Shown here in pieces: positions 10,534 to 18,927 of a DNA stretch of 64,000 bases. Under the pieces are notes generated by a model. That model ran no database searches and was not told where the DNA came from. It saw only the letters and a program-made list of their open reading frames with translations. A program made the position numbers and the translations under genes. The first letter of the stretch is position 1. Every line of letters starts with the position of its first letter. Source of the stretch: Candidatus Marinacidobacterales bacterium (GTDB taxonomy: Bacteria; Acidobacteriota; Vicinamibacteria; Marinacidobacterales; DATDRI01); NCBI GenBank assembly GCA_965226495.1, contig OZ245365.1:5280001-5344000 (forward strand). Direction: 5' to 3'.

Positions 10534-11688
10534 ATGTCGATCAACCGTAGATCTTTCTTGAAGCGTCTGGCGGCCGCTGGAGTGGTCGCTGCACCCATTG
10601 GGCCCATTGGAGGAAGTCCCTTGGCACCCGCCGCCGCCAACCCAACGCAAACGAGCGTCGAGGCCGTGGTGGCTGACAGCGTAGTCATTGACGCCCTTTC
10701 GTATCTTCATCGAAACCCCGATCTACCCGGTGCAGATCATTCGACGCTCGATCTTGCTATGCTCGCGGACTCCGGCGTTACAGTAGTGAGTCCAACGGCT
10801 GATACGAGAGACAGGGACGCCGACCAAGCATTCCACGGCGCGGTCAGAAGACTCGCAGAGTTGTCGAGCACGGTCGCTCGCTATCGAGACCGAGTCATTC
10901 TTGTACGCGAAGGCTCTGACATCGAGATGGCGAAGACGCAGGGCAAACTAGGTGTGCTCGCAAATTTCCAGGGTTCCACCGCGATCGGTACGGATCTCAA
11001 CAATCTTCGAATCTTTTACAATTTGGGACTCCGGCAGATCCAACTCACCTACAATTGGCGAAATCTGGTTGGCAATGGTTGTCTCGAACGGGTAGACGGC
11101 GGCCTCACTCGCTACGGGCTCGAGCTCGTAGAAAAGATGAATGAAATGGGAATCGTAGTGGATGTGGCTCACAGTGGATACCGAACCACGCTCGATGCCA
11201 TCGAGGCTTCCACCAAACCGATCCTTTTCTCGCACTCGAACTGCAAGACCCTCTACGATCATCCACGCAACAAGAGCGACGAACAGATCAAAGCACTAGC
11301 GCAAAAGGGTGGCGTGATGGGCATGACCCTTCTTACCTGGTTCGTGAGTGAGAAACCACGAGCCGGGCTGGATGACCTACTCGATCACTTCGAGCACGTC
11401 ATACAACTCGTGGGCCCAGATCATGTAGGGTTTGGATCCGATATGGGACTACCCGGTTGGTTAGTTACCGAGCCCGACCAGATCTGGGAAGCGGTAAAGA
11501 AAGGCTATAGTGCCCGAGACTGGCAGCTCGTGAGACCCAAGTACCCCCCGTTCGTGGAGGGAATAAACGACGCTCACCGATACGTCACTATCGCCAAAGG
11601 CCTGAAGAAACGAGGTTATTCCATACCCGACATCAAGAAAGTGTTGGGGTTGAACCTACTTCGAGTGTACGGAGAGGTTCTCCGTTAG
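10534..11688 (+). CDS. Tat-exported membrane dipeptidase (peptidase M19)
   Basis: INRRSFLK twin-arginine signal; QLTYN..N, DVAH, SHSN, HPRNKSDEQ, GSD motifs. Confidence 0.9.
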   Translation: MSINRRSFLKRLAAAGVVAAPIGPIGGSPLAPAAANPTQTSVEAVVADSVVIDALSYLHRNPDLPGADHSTLDLAMLADSGVTVVSPTADTRDRDADQAFHGAVRRLAELSSTVARYRDRVILVREGSDIEMAKTQGKLGVLANFQGSTAIGTDLNNLRIFYNLGLRQIQLTYNWRNLVGNGCLERVDGGLTRYGLELVEKMNEMGIVVDVAHSGYRTTLDAIEASTKPILFSHSNCKTLYDHPRNKSDEQIKALAQKGGVMGMTLLTWFVSEKPRAGLDDLLDHFEHVIQLVGPDHVGFGSDMGLPGWLVTEPDQIWEAVKKGYSARDWQLVRPKYPPFVEGINDAHRYVTIAKGLKKRGYSIPDIKKVLGLNLLRVYGEVLR

Positions 11689-11709
11689 GCCACCGCCCTC
11701 ACTTCCTGG

Positions 11710-14700
11710 TTAGGGCAGGGACGTGAGCACCCCGAGACTCGTCACACCCCACTTCCAACCCACCGTCCTCTGACGAAACTCGATGGCGTTGGGGCCCGCC
11801 ACGTGCAAGGTTGGCGGCAACGTGAAGAGGTCGCCTGCGTTCAAGCCGTTATTCGAACCCTTAGCGAGAAACCCGATCTGGGTACCGTTCAACCAAACGG
11901 AGATCTCGTCCGCATAGTCGATGTCGTAGCCCGTCACCTGAAGGTGATAGGTACTCGTCCCATCGCCGGTGAATATCGCGGCCAGAACCGTTTTGTGCTC
12001 ACTCGAGCCGTATTTGTAGCCGTAGGCATTCAGGTCGACAGAATCCAACGCGAGTGTCAACACCGGCGGGGTCCCCGGCGGGGCAACGCTGAGCACCCCG
12101 AGACCGGTCACGCCCCACTTCCAACCCACCGTCCTCTGACGAAACTCGATGGTGTTCTGACCCAGGACGGTTACGTGAGGCAGCAGCGTGAACCCATCGC
12201 CTGCGTTCAGAGCGTTGTTCGGGCCTTTGCTGAGAAAGCCGATCTGGGTGCCGTTTAGGTGGACCGAGATCTCGTCGCCATAGTCCATGTCGAAGCCGGT
12301 GGCCTGCAGGTAGTAGATGCTCGTTCCGTTGCCGGTGAATGTCGCAGCAAGAAGCGTCTCGTGCTCACTGGTGCCGTAGTTGTGTCCGTACATGCCGGTG
12401 TCGGGCGGGTCGTCCACGGCAAGCGCGATCACCGGTGCCGTTCCGGCCGGGGGCGCACTGAGGACACCGAGTTGCGTCACCCCCCACGTCCAACCGGGTA
12501 CGCTCTGGCGAAACTCGATCGTGTTCTCACCGGTGACGACAAGAGGTGGAGCCAAGGCGAACACATCGCCCGCGTTCAATCCGTTGTCCGGACCCTCGAC
12601 GAGGACACCGATTTGAGTGCCGTTCAAATGCACAGAGATCTCCGCAGCATGATCGCTGTCGTAGCCGGTGACCTGAAGGTAATACGTGTTCGCCCCATCG
12701 CCCGTGAATGTGGCAGTCAGACTGGTCTCGTGCTCGTTGGTGCCGTAGTTATGCCCGTACTCGCCAGGGTCGACATCGTCTACGGTGAGCGCGATGACCG
12801 GCGCTGAGCCGATCGGAGGTGCGCTCAGTACGGCGAGATTCGTCACGCCCCACGTCCAACCCACGGTTCGCTGGCGGAACTCGATGGTATTCAGACCGGC
12901 ACCTGCCAAGGCCGGCGGCAAGGTGAACAGGTCTCCTCCGTTGAGATCGTTGTTCGGCCCCGCGGTGAGAAAACCGATGGGCTGGTCGTTCAAATGGACC
13001 GAAGATCTCGTCGCCGTAGTCCATGTCGTAGCCCGTGACCTGGAGGTAGTAGGTGCTGGCTCCATCGGCGGTGAAGGTCGCGGGCAAAACGGTCTCGTGC
13101 TCATCGGTGCCGTAGTTGTGCCCGTACGAGCCGGGGTCGACGGAGTCCACGGTGAGTGCGACGACGGGCACTGCCGGAGGCGCGCTCAGTACGCCGATCT
13201 CCGTTACACCCCAGGTCCAGCCGGTGACTCTCTCTCTGAACTCGAGCGTGTTTTGGCCGGTCACCACCGAAGGCGACTCCAGGGCGAAGACGTCTCCTTC
13301 GTTCAAGTCGTTGTTAGGGCCTTTGGTGAGCTGACCGATCTGGATGCCGTTCAAGTGAATCGAAATCTCGTTACCGTAATCCATGTCCCAGCCGGTGACT
13401 TGCAGGTAGTACGTGCTCGTTTCACTGCCGGTGAACGTTGTGACGAGCGCGGTCCGGTGCTGGTCGGTACCGAAGCCGAAACCGTACGAGCCGGGATCGA
13501 CCTCGTCCACGGTGAGGGCGATGATCGGCGCCACCACGTTGGTCGTCTCCGTCGTGATGTCGTTGCTCACGACCGTATCGATGACGAAGCCCGTCACGCT
13601 CGCAGTCGTGGAGAGAGTGTCTTCAAACGTGCTCGCTACGACGACGGTGATAACGACGCTCATTCCGAAGTCGACGTCACCGAGCGGGCAGGTGAGCTCC
13701 CCGCCGGATTCCAGGCAACTACCCTGTGCGGGAACCGCGGACTGAAAGCTCGTTCCCGCCGGCAGTGTCTGTGTCATGACGACGTCGGGCGCTAAATCGG
13801 GCCCGAAATTGGTCACCGTTACTGTATAGGTGACATTGTCCTTGACGACGACGGGGTCGACGGCGTCTACAATGCTTACCGAGAGATCGGAGGTTGCATC
13901 GGCGAGGAGATGCAATAACGCCTTGCGAGCTCCGAAGATACCGACACCGGAGTCCCGATCGAACCCAGGCTCTTCGATGTCCAGAGCGGTCGTGCTGAGC
14001 AAATCGCGAAGCGCACTCGGAGTCAGGATCGGGTCCCCCTGAAGCATCAGTGCGGCAAGGGCCGCGGCATGGGGTGCGGCCGCCGAGGTCCCATAGAAGG
14101 GAGCGAAACCGGGAGTCGCGGTCGTCACGCCGTCCGCCGCCGCGACGTCGGGTTTGAGCCGTATCTCGCCTCCGGTGGAGAGGAAGTCACCGGGGGTGAT
14201 CGGCGTTCCGTCCTCCTCGAAGAATATCTGTCGCGGTCCATCGGAGCTGAACCACTCCACCGGATTCGAGGGACCGCCAGTGAACTCACTGCCGAGTGCG
14301 TGGGAAACGTCCACCGCGGCCACCGCAAACGCATCCGTCGCCGCTGCGTGTCCCGTAATCTGGCCGTCGGTCCCCAGGGCGAGAACGCCTCGATGCGTGT
14401 TCAAATGAAGGTAACGAGCCTCGGCACCCGTCTTACGGACGATGACCAAGTGCGTACCGGTGTCGTCGAAAAACTGTGAATCGATCCACTCGAATGGGTC
14501 GTCATTGCCGTTTTGGACGTTGGTGGAGGCGGCCCAAACCGCGCTCCGCGAGGGATCGAGGAGATACAGATCGTAATCGTTGGCCGAGCCGCCGATCGGG
14601 TCGGACCACTGCAGCGTAAAAAGAAACGGAGTATCGAAGGCGACCGTGTTGTAGTAGATTCCGCTGCCGAAGTCGTGGACTTCGTTTCCGCTCAGGGGTG

Positions 14701-15730
14701 GCGTTGCGGGCATCGGCGAGAAATCCCCTTCCCACACTCCCGATGTGCCATCATTGATGTTGCCGGAGTTTCCGGCTGCGGAGAAATAAAACCCGCCGTC
14801 CGCGATAACTGAATTGACCGCCTGGGCAACGATACCGTCCTGGAAGGTCGGCTCTTCGGGATAGAAAACGTCATCTACGATGATGTCGCAGCCCGCGGCT
14901 CGGAGGGCGAGGATGTTGCTCGCAAACGTCGCCTCACTGCTGAAGGCGGTGGCGAAGTAGAGCTCGGCCCCGGGCGCCAAATCGTGAAGGATCTCGAGCA
15001 TCGCGGTTCCTTCACTGGTGCCGGGGTTTCCGCTTTGCCCTGGGAGGACTGTCACTGCCGGTAAGTCTCCCGCGGCTTGAAGCAAGGCCAAGTAGTCGAC
15101 GCTGTCCGAAAGGGCACAAAGACGAACCCCAGTCCCATCAACCCCAAAGGTGACGCGCGCTTCGTCCGCTGCATGCGCCACGTCCCCTTCCGAAGTGTCG
15201 ATCTTGTTGGTGATGGGTTTGAACGCCGGACGGATGTATTGGATTGCCGGATCGGTGGCCAGCGTCTCGAGACTATTCACCGGCACCCGGGCGCGACACA
15301 GACGATAGTTGGGGTGCTGACTTTCGACCGTGCCCCCTAATGCTTCAATCTGGGCCACCAAGTTGCCGGTCAAATCGGCTTTGATATCGACGAGGGTGGT
15401 ATCGTCGGCATCGGTCTCGACACCCGTGATCAGGCTGGGTACGGACCGTGCGACGGCATGCCCGCGACGGCGTTTCAGCTCGAGTAAGAGTTGAGAGTCG
15501 AGCCGCCTCTCGCTGTCGCTGCGGGCCGCCTTCTCCGCCATCAGGGCTCGGATCTGTTCGAGCGCCGACTCTTGGATCTCATCCCGTTGAGCCTCGGTCT
15601 CGCTCGGGAGTACCATGACGAGAAAAGTAGCCAAAATGACCGGGCACAAAACCTGCCAAACTCTTCTGAATACAAGGTTTTCGTACGTCGACGAATCGCG
15701 GAAGTCACGTTTCTCGGACATTTTCGTCAC
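11710..15730 (-). pseudogene. Large secreted S8/S53-like serine protease with DUF11 Ig-like domain and five C-terminal ~120-aa repeats; single-base insertion at 13002-13003
   Basis: LSDS, EGTAM..I.HDLAP, AAGN, FSSDGP, GTSAAAPH; DLSVS..D..DPV...TVTN.GP DUF11 motif; repeat 2 reads GAGATCTTCGGTCC vs GAGATCTCGGTCC in repeat 4. Confidence 0.85.
11713..13525 (-). repeat. Five tandem ~120-aa (about 360 bp) protein domain repeats
   Basis: Consensus ialtvD.vD.g.YG.nyGt.eH.T.L.atFTg.g..tYyLQvTG.D.DygdEISvhLNgtqIG.L..GpnN.LN.GD.F.L......G.NtiEFRqr..GW.WGVT.lgVL seen 5 times. Confidence 0.9.
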
Positions 15731-15982
15731 CTACTCTTGGTTTGGGAAGCAGGAGTCTAGCATAGGAACGCTCGGGAAATCCATTGGCCTGTCGACCATG
15801 CTACGCCGACGCGCTAGCCGTCGTCAGTGACGAATGCGACAGATTTCCCCCTACGACCGAACGGGGTGAGATCTCCACACCTCGTTGCATTGACGTACGA
15901 CCCATCTATGCTCATGAGCTTGACTTCCGAGAGATGGGCCGCTAGAAAGGGTGCGAAACGTCCCGATCCAATTGGAGACCTC

Positions 15983-16609
15983 TTGAGTAAAACGACTTCA
16001 TCCGCACCCAAATCGCAGGCCCGTCTGGGCCAGCTCGGCCCGAGGAGGGCCCAGATCCTAGAGAAAGCCGCGCACCTCTTCTGCATCAAGGGTTACGATT
16101 CGACGTCAATGAGCGACATCGCCGACGCGGTCGGCATTACCAAGGCGGGGCTCTATTATTTCGTCGAAGGTAAAGAGCACCTGCTCTACCTCATCACCGA
16201 CTATGGTTTGGATCTGCTGGACGAGACGGTGGTGAAACCTCTAAAGAGCATCGAGGAGCCCCGAGAGCTGCTCCGCGAGTTGATCCGATATCACGTACAC
16301 ATGGTGATCCATCGCCCGCGCGAGGTGACGATCATCTTGCACGAGCGGACGGGACTTACCGGCGAGTACCGCGAAAAAATCCTCAAGCGCAAGAAGGCCT
16401 ACATCGAGCTAGCCCGCAACATCCTCATTCAGCTCAAGGAGCAGGGGATCGCGCAGGACACCGATCCGACCGCTGCGACCTTCTTTCTACTCGGTTCGAT
16501 GAACTGGATCTACCAATGGTACAAAGAGGATGGTCGTCTCACCGAGGACGACCTTGTTCGTAACCTCACGCAGCTCTTCTCTAGAGGGTTCTTGACCGAA
16601 AGCCTCTGA
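15983..16609 (+). CDS. TetR/AcrR family regulator (KstR2-like C-terminus)
   Basis: R..IL..AA.LF..KGY..TSM.DIA..VG.TKAGLYY HTH; GSMNWIYQWY..DG motif; TTG start chosen by GGAGA RBS at 15974 and promoter-like TTGCAT-N16-TATGCT at 15885-15912. Confidence 0.9.
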   Translation: MSKTTSSAPKSQARLGQLGPRRAQILEKAAHLFCIKGYDSTSMSDIADAVGITKAGLYYFVEGKEHLLYLITDYGLDLLDETVVKPLKSIEEPRELLRELIRYHVHMVIHRPREVTIILHERTGLTGEYREKILKRKKAYIELARNILIQLKEQGIAQDTDPTAATFFLLGSMNWIYQWYKEDGRLTEDDLVRNLTQLFSRGFLTESL

Positions 16610-16655
16610 ATCGCAGACCGACTGACTGGCTTCCATCCATTAATCCCTCTCCCTT

Positions 16656-16720
16656 CCGCCTTCGCTGAAGCTTCGGCGGACCCGCCGAAATTCTTAGAAA
16701 CTACGCGGACGGAGGCGGGC
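16656..16720 (+). repeat. REP-like palindromic element family 2, copy 1
   Basis: CCGCCTTCGCTGAAGCTTCGGCGGA...CGCCGAA...CGGAGGCGGGC between convergent TetR and XRE genes. Confidence 0.6.
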
Positions 16721-16787
16721 CGGGTGAGGTCTGGGAAAGGCTCCAGGCACACCACTCCCAGGAGAATGAGTGGCTCTCGCCCAAGGG

Positions 16788-17213
16788 TTACCGCCGCGGG
16801 CTAGCGGTGCCGCGCTTCGACGACTTGCTATGGGCAGTCAGCTCGATGAGCTCGAGCAACTGATCTTGCACATCGGTGTTCCCGATGCCTCTCCAGTTGC
16901 TGAGGAGCCCCTCTTCCTCGTCGTTCTCCGCAAGAGGCTTGCGGATACGGCTATCGGGGATAAGGTCGGAGACCGTCACTCCTAGGACCTTGCTGATCTT
17001 CCTGAGCCATTCGAGGGAGATGCGCCGCCGCCCTTGCTCGAAGTTGGACAAGGCCGAGGCGGAAAGGCCCGCCGTCCTGGCTAGTTCTTCTTGAAGCAAC
17101 CCTTTTTCCTGCCGTAGCTCGCGGATTCTGCGTCCCACTTCAAGATGCATCTCTTCCTGCAGATGCTGATCTACTTGTGTCATCTTCTTCCTCTTCTTCG
17201 TCTTCTTCTTCAT
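16788..17213 (-). CDS. XRE-family HTH transcriptional regulator
   Basis: VGRRIRELRQEKGLLQEELA..AGLS.SALS.FEQGRR HTH_3 pattern. Confidence 0.9.
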   Translation of the reverse strand: MKKKTKKRKKMTQVDQHLQEEMHLEVGRRIRELRQEKGLLQEELARTAGLSASALSNFEQGRRRISLEWLRKISKVLGVTVSDLIPDSRIRKPLAENDEEEGLLSNWRGIGNTDVQDQLLELIELTAHSKSSKRGTASPRR

Positions 17214-17295
17214 GTCGCTTCAAATGGAGCTCCCATGGAGCCTCTACAAGACTTGAATTTTAGTCCATCTCCTCCGGATTCGGAAATCCCTTCCC

Positions 17296-17370
17296 CCGCC
17301 TACGCCGTGGTCGGGTCATCGGGTTCCCACGGCTACGGCGTGGCATCGCCGAAGCCTTGCGAAGGCGGGC
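17296..17370 (+). repeat. REP-like palindromic element family 2, copy 2
   Basis: CCGCCTACGCC...GGCTACGGCG...CGCCGAAGCCTTGCGAAGGCGGGC; same skeleton as 16656-16720. Confidence 0.6.
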
Positions 17371-17373
17371 GGC

Positions 17374-18513
17374 CTATCCACTATGAGCCGGGGACGGCTC
17401 GGCGGTTCCGAGCGGCAGATCACCCTGATCTCCATAGCGTTGGAACATCTGCCCCCAGGGAGATTTCATGAACTCCGCAACCCGTGAACTTCCGATGAAC
17501 GGATACCAGTACCAGTCATGATAAGCCCAAGAAGCCACATAAGCCCAAACGACCAAGGGTGTGCGGAGAAGGAGATTCTCGAGCGGTTTGAACAGACCAT
17601 GGTAGATGGCGTGTTGCCCTTTGCTGGCGAACGTATCTCCGGCATTGAAGCCCCAGTTTATTTCCTCGATGTCCTCGCCGACAATCTCGATCTCCTTGGG
17701 GTCACCCACTCCCAACCCTCGTTCGTGAGCACTTCGGATAAAGGCAAGACTGAGAGGGTCGAAGCCCATGATTTTCGCTGCCACCGCGTCGATGGCGACT
17801 TGATCGGCCGAAGCCAAGATGAGGTTCTTGATGTGAATGTTCATGCAGCGGGGTCCTGGCCCGCTACCGGCCACCGTACCGTCCATGACCGCGAAGAGGC
17901 CTGGGTGAATCTCCTTTTGGATCATGAGCAGGTCGGCGAGAGTCTCGTGGATCACAGAATGTGTCCAATGGCGTTTCTCGTTCAGGAGACCTCCGAACGC
18001 GTTCTTCATCGCACCGGTCATCCCGGTGAACACGTGCGTCTTCATGGTCGGGAGGTGGATGATGTTCTCACCGATCAAGCGCTTCGGTATGTGGATCCCT
18101 TTTGGGAAGACTTCATGTAGGACCCGCGTTTTGCCCTTCGGCTCGTAGTGGAGCCATTCCTCGGACTTCTCGTACAGATGCACGTTCCGAAGGCCGTACC
18201 GGTCCACGACGACCTTGTGTCGGTTCTTTCGTTCCCCAGCTCGAGCGCTGACCACTACAGTGCGGTTGTGGCAGGCATGAACCAACTCACGCTGGTAGTC
18301 GTCCGCCAACAGGGTGCGAATGACACCCTCCAGCTGCCACGGCGCGGTCGAGCATGCGGGGTAGAACTTCCCCCAGGAAATATTGATCTTGAGCGCCGTA
18401 TCCTTATCTTTGGCAAGGAATTCTTGATATCCGGCCATCCGCATCGCCCTACCGTAGTCCTCGAACACCGTTTCCGGTTTGGTGCGGATTACCGCTACTT
18501 TCGAACGTGCCAC
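17374..18513 (-). CDS. DUF362 domain protein
   Basis: LKIN, P.MKTH..T..TGAMKN.FG, G.GP, S.D.VA.D motifs. Confidence 0.85.
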   Translation of the reverse strand: MARSKVAVIRTKPETVFEDYGRAMRMAGYQEFLAKDKDTALKINISWGKFYPACSTAPWQLEGVIRTLLADDYQRELVHACHNRTVVVSARAGERKNRHKVVVDRYGLRNVHLYEKSEEWLHYEPKGKTRVLHEVFPKGIHIPKRLIGENIIHLPTMKTHVFTGMTGAMKNAFGGLLNEKRHWTHSVIHETLADLLMIQKEIHPGLFAVMDGTVAGSGPGPRCMNIHIKNLILASADQVAIDAVAAKIMGFDPLSLAFIRSAHERGLGVGDPKEIEIVGEDIEEINWGFNAGDTFASKGQHAIYHGLFKPLENLLLRTPLVVWAYVASWAYHDWYWYPFIGSSRVAEFMKSPWGQMFQRYGDQGDLPLGTAEPSPAHSG

Positions 18514-18535
18514 GCTGAGCCTCTCCTCTCCAATG

Positions 18536-18557
18536 CCCTCTCCCAGAGGGGAAAGGG
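18536..18557. repeat. CCCTCTCCC...GGGAAAGGG short palindrome (common REP-like unit)
   Basis: 9-bp stem with one mismatch, 4-nt loop, intergenic; same CCCTCTCCC arm at 16645. Confidence 0.4.
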
Positions 18558-18690
18558 ATAAGGAAGAAAACCATCCCTCCAGAACCGCTAATTATGCCAC
18601 AAGCCGGGCCGGGTTGGGGTACAATAGGGGTTCCTGGTCTGAGGCAGCCCGAAACCGGTTTCCCGAAGGCAAGGTTAAGGAGGATTTCAA

Positions 18691-18924
18691 GTGGCAGACG
18701 AATTTTCAGAGGCCGGCCCTTTCATGTTGGTCAATATTGCAGCGCAGCGTGCACGGCAGCTCATGCAGGGCGCCGCCCCTCTCCTCAGGACGAAGTCCCG
18801 CAAACCGGCGGCTATCGCTCTTCATGAGGTGGAGACGGGTTTGCTTCCCTTCTATCGAGTCGAGGAGCAGCCAGAGCTCGCCGATTTGGAAGCCGATGAA
18901 GTCGCCGAGGACGAAGAAGAATAA
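18691..18924 (+). CDS. rpoZ: RNA polymerase omega subunit
   Basis: F.LV..AAQRARQL..GA.P......KP...AL.EV..G signature, acidic tail, AAGGAGG RBS. Confidence 0.85.
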   Translation: MADEFSEAGPFMLVNIAAQRARQLMQGAAPLLRTKSRKPAAIALHEVETGLLPFYRVEEQPELADLEADEVAEDEEE

Positions 18925-18927
18925 AGC

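Noticed and set aside
12990-13010. Programmed frameshift in the protease
   Set aside because: A single extra base relative to sister repeats, no slippery site; lesion or sequencing error (as with 3520 and 8766)
11713-13525. Nucleotide repeat array as mobile or CRISPR-like structure
   Set aside because: Repeats are in-frame protein domains with synonymous divergence
15827-15982. Longer TetR start
   Set aside because: Overlaps promoter-like sequence; RBS supports TTG 15983
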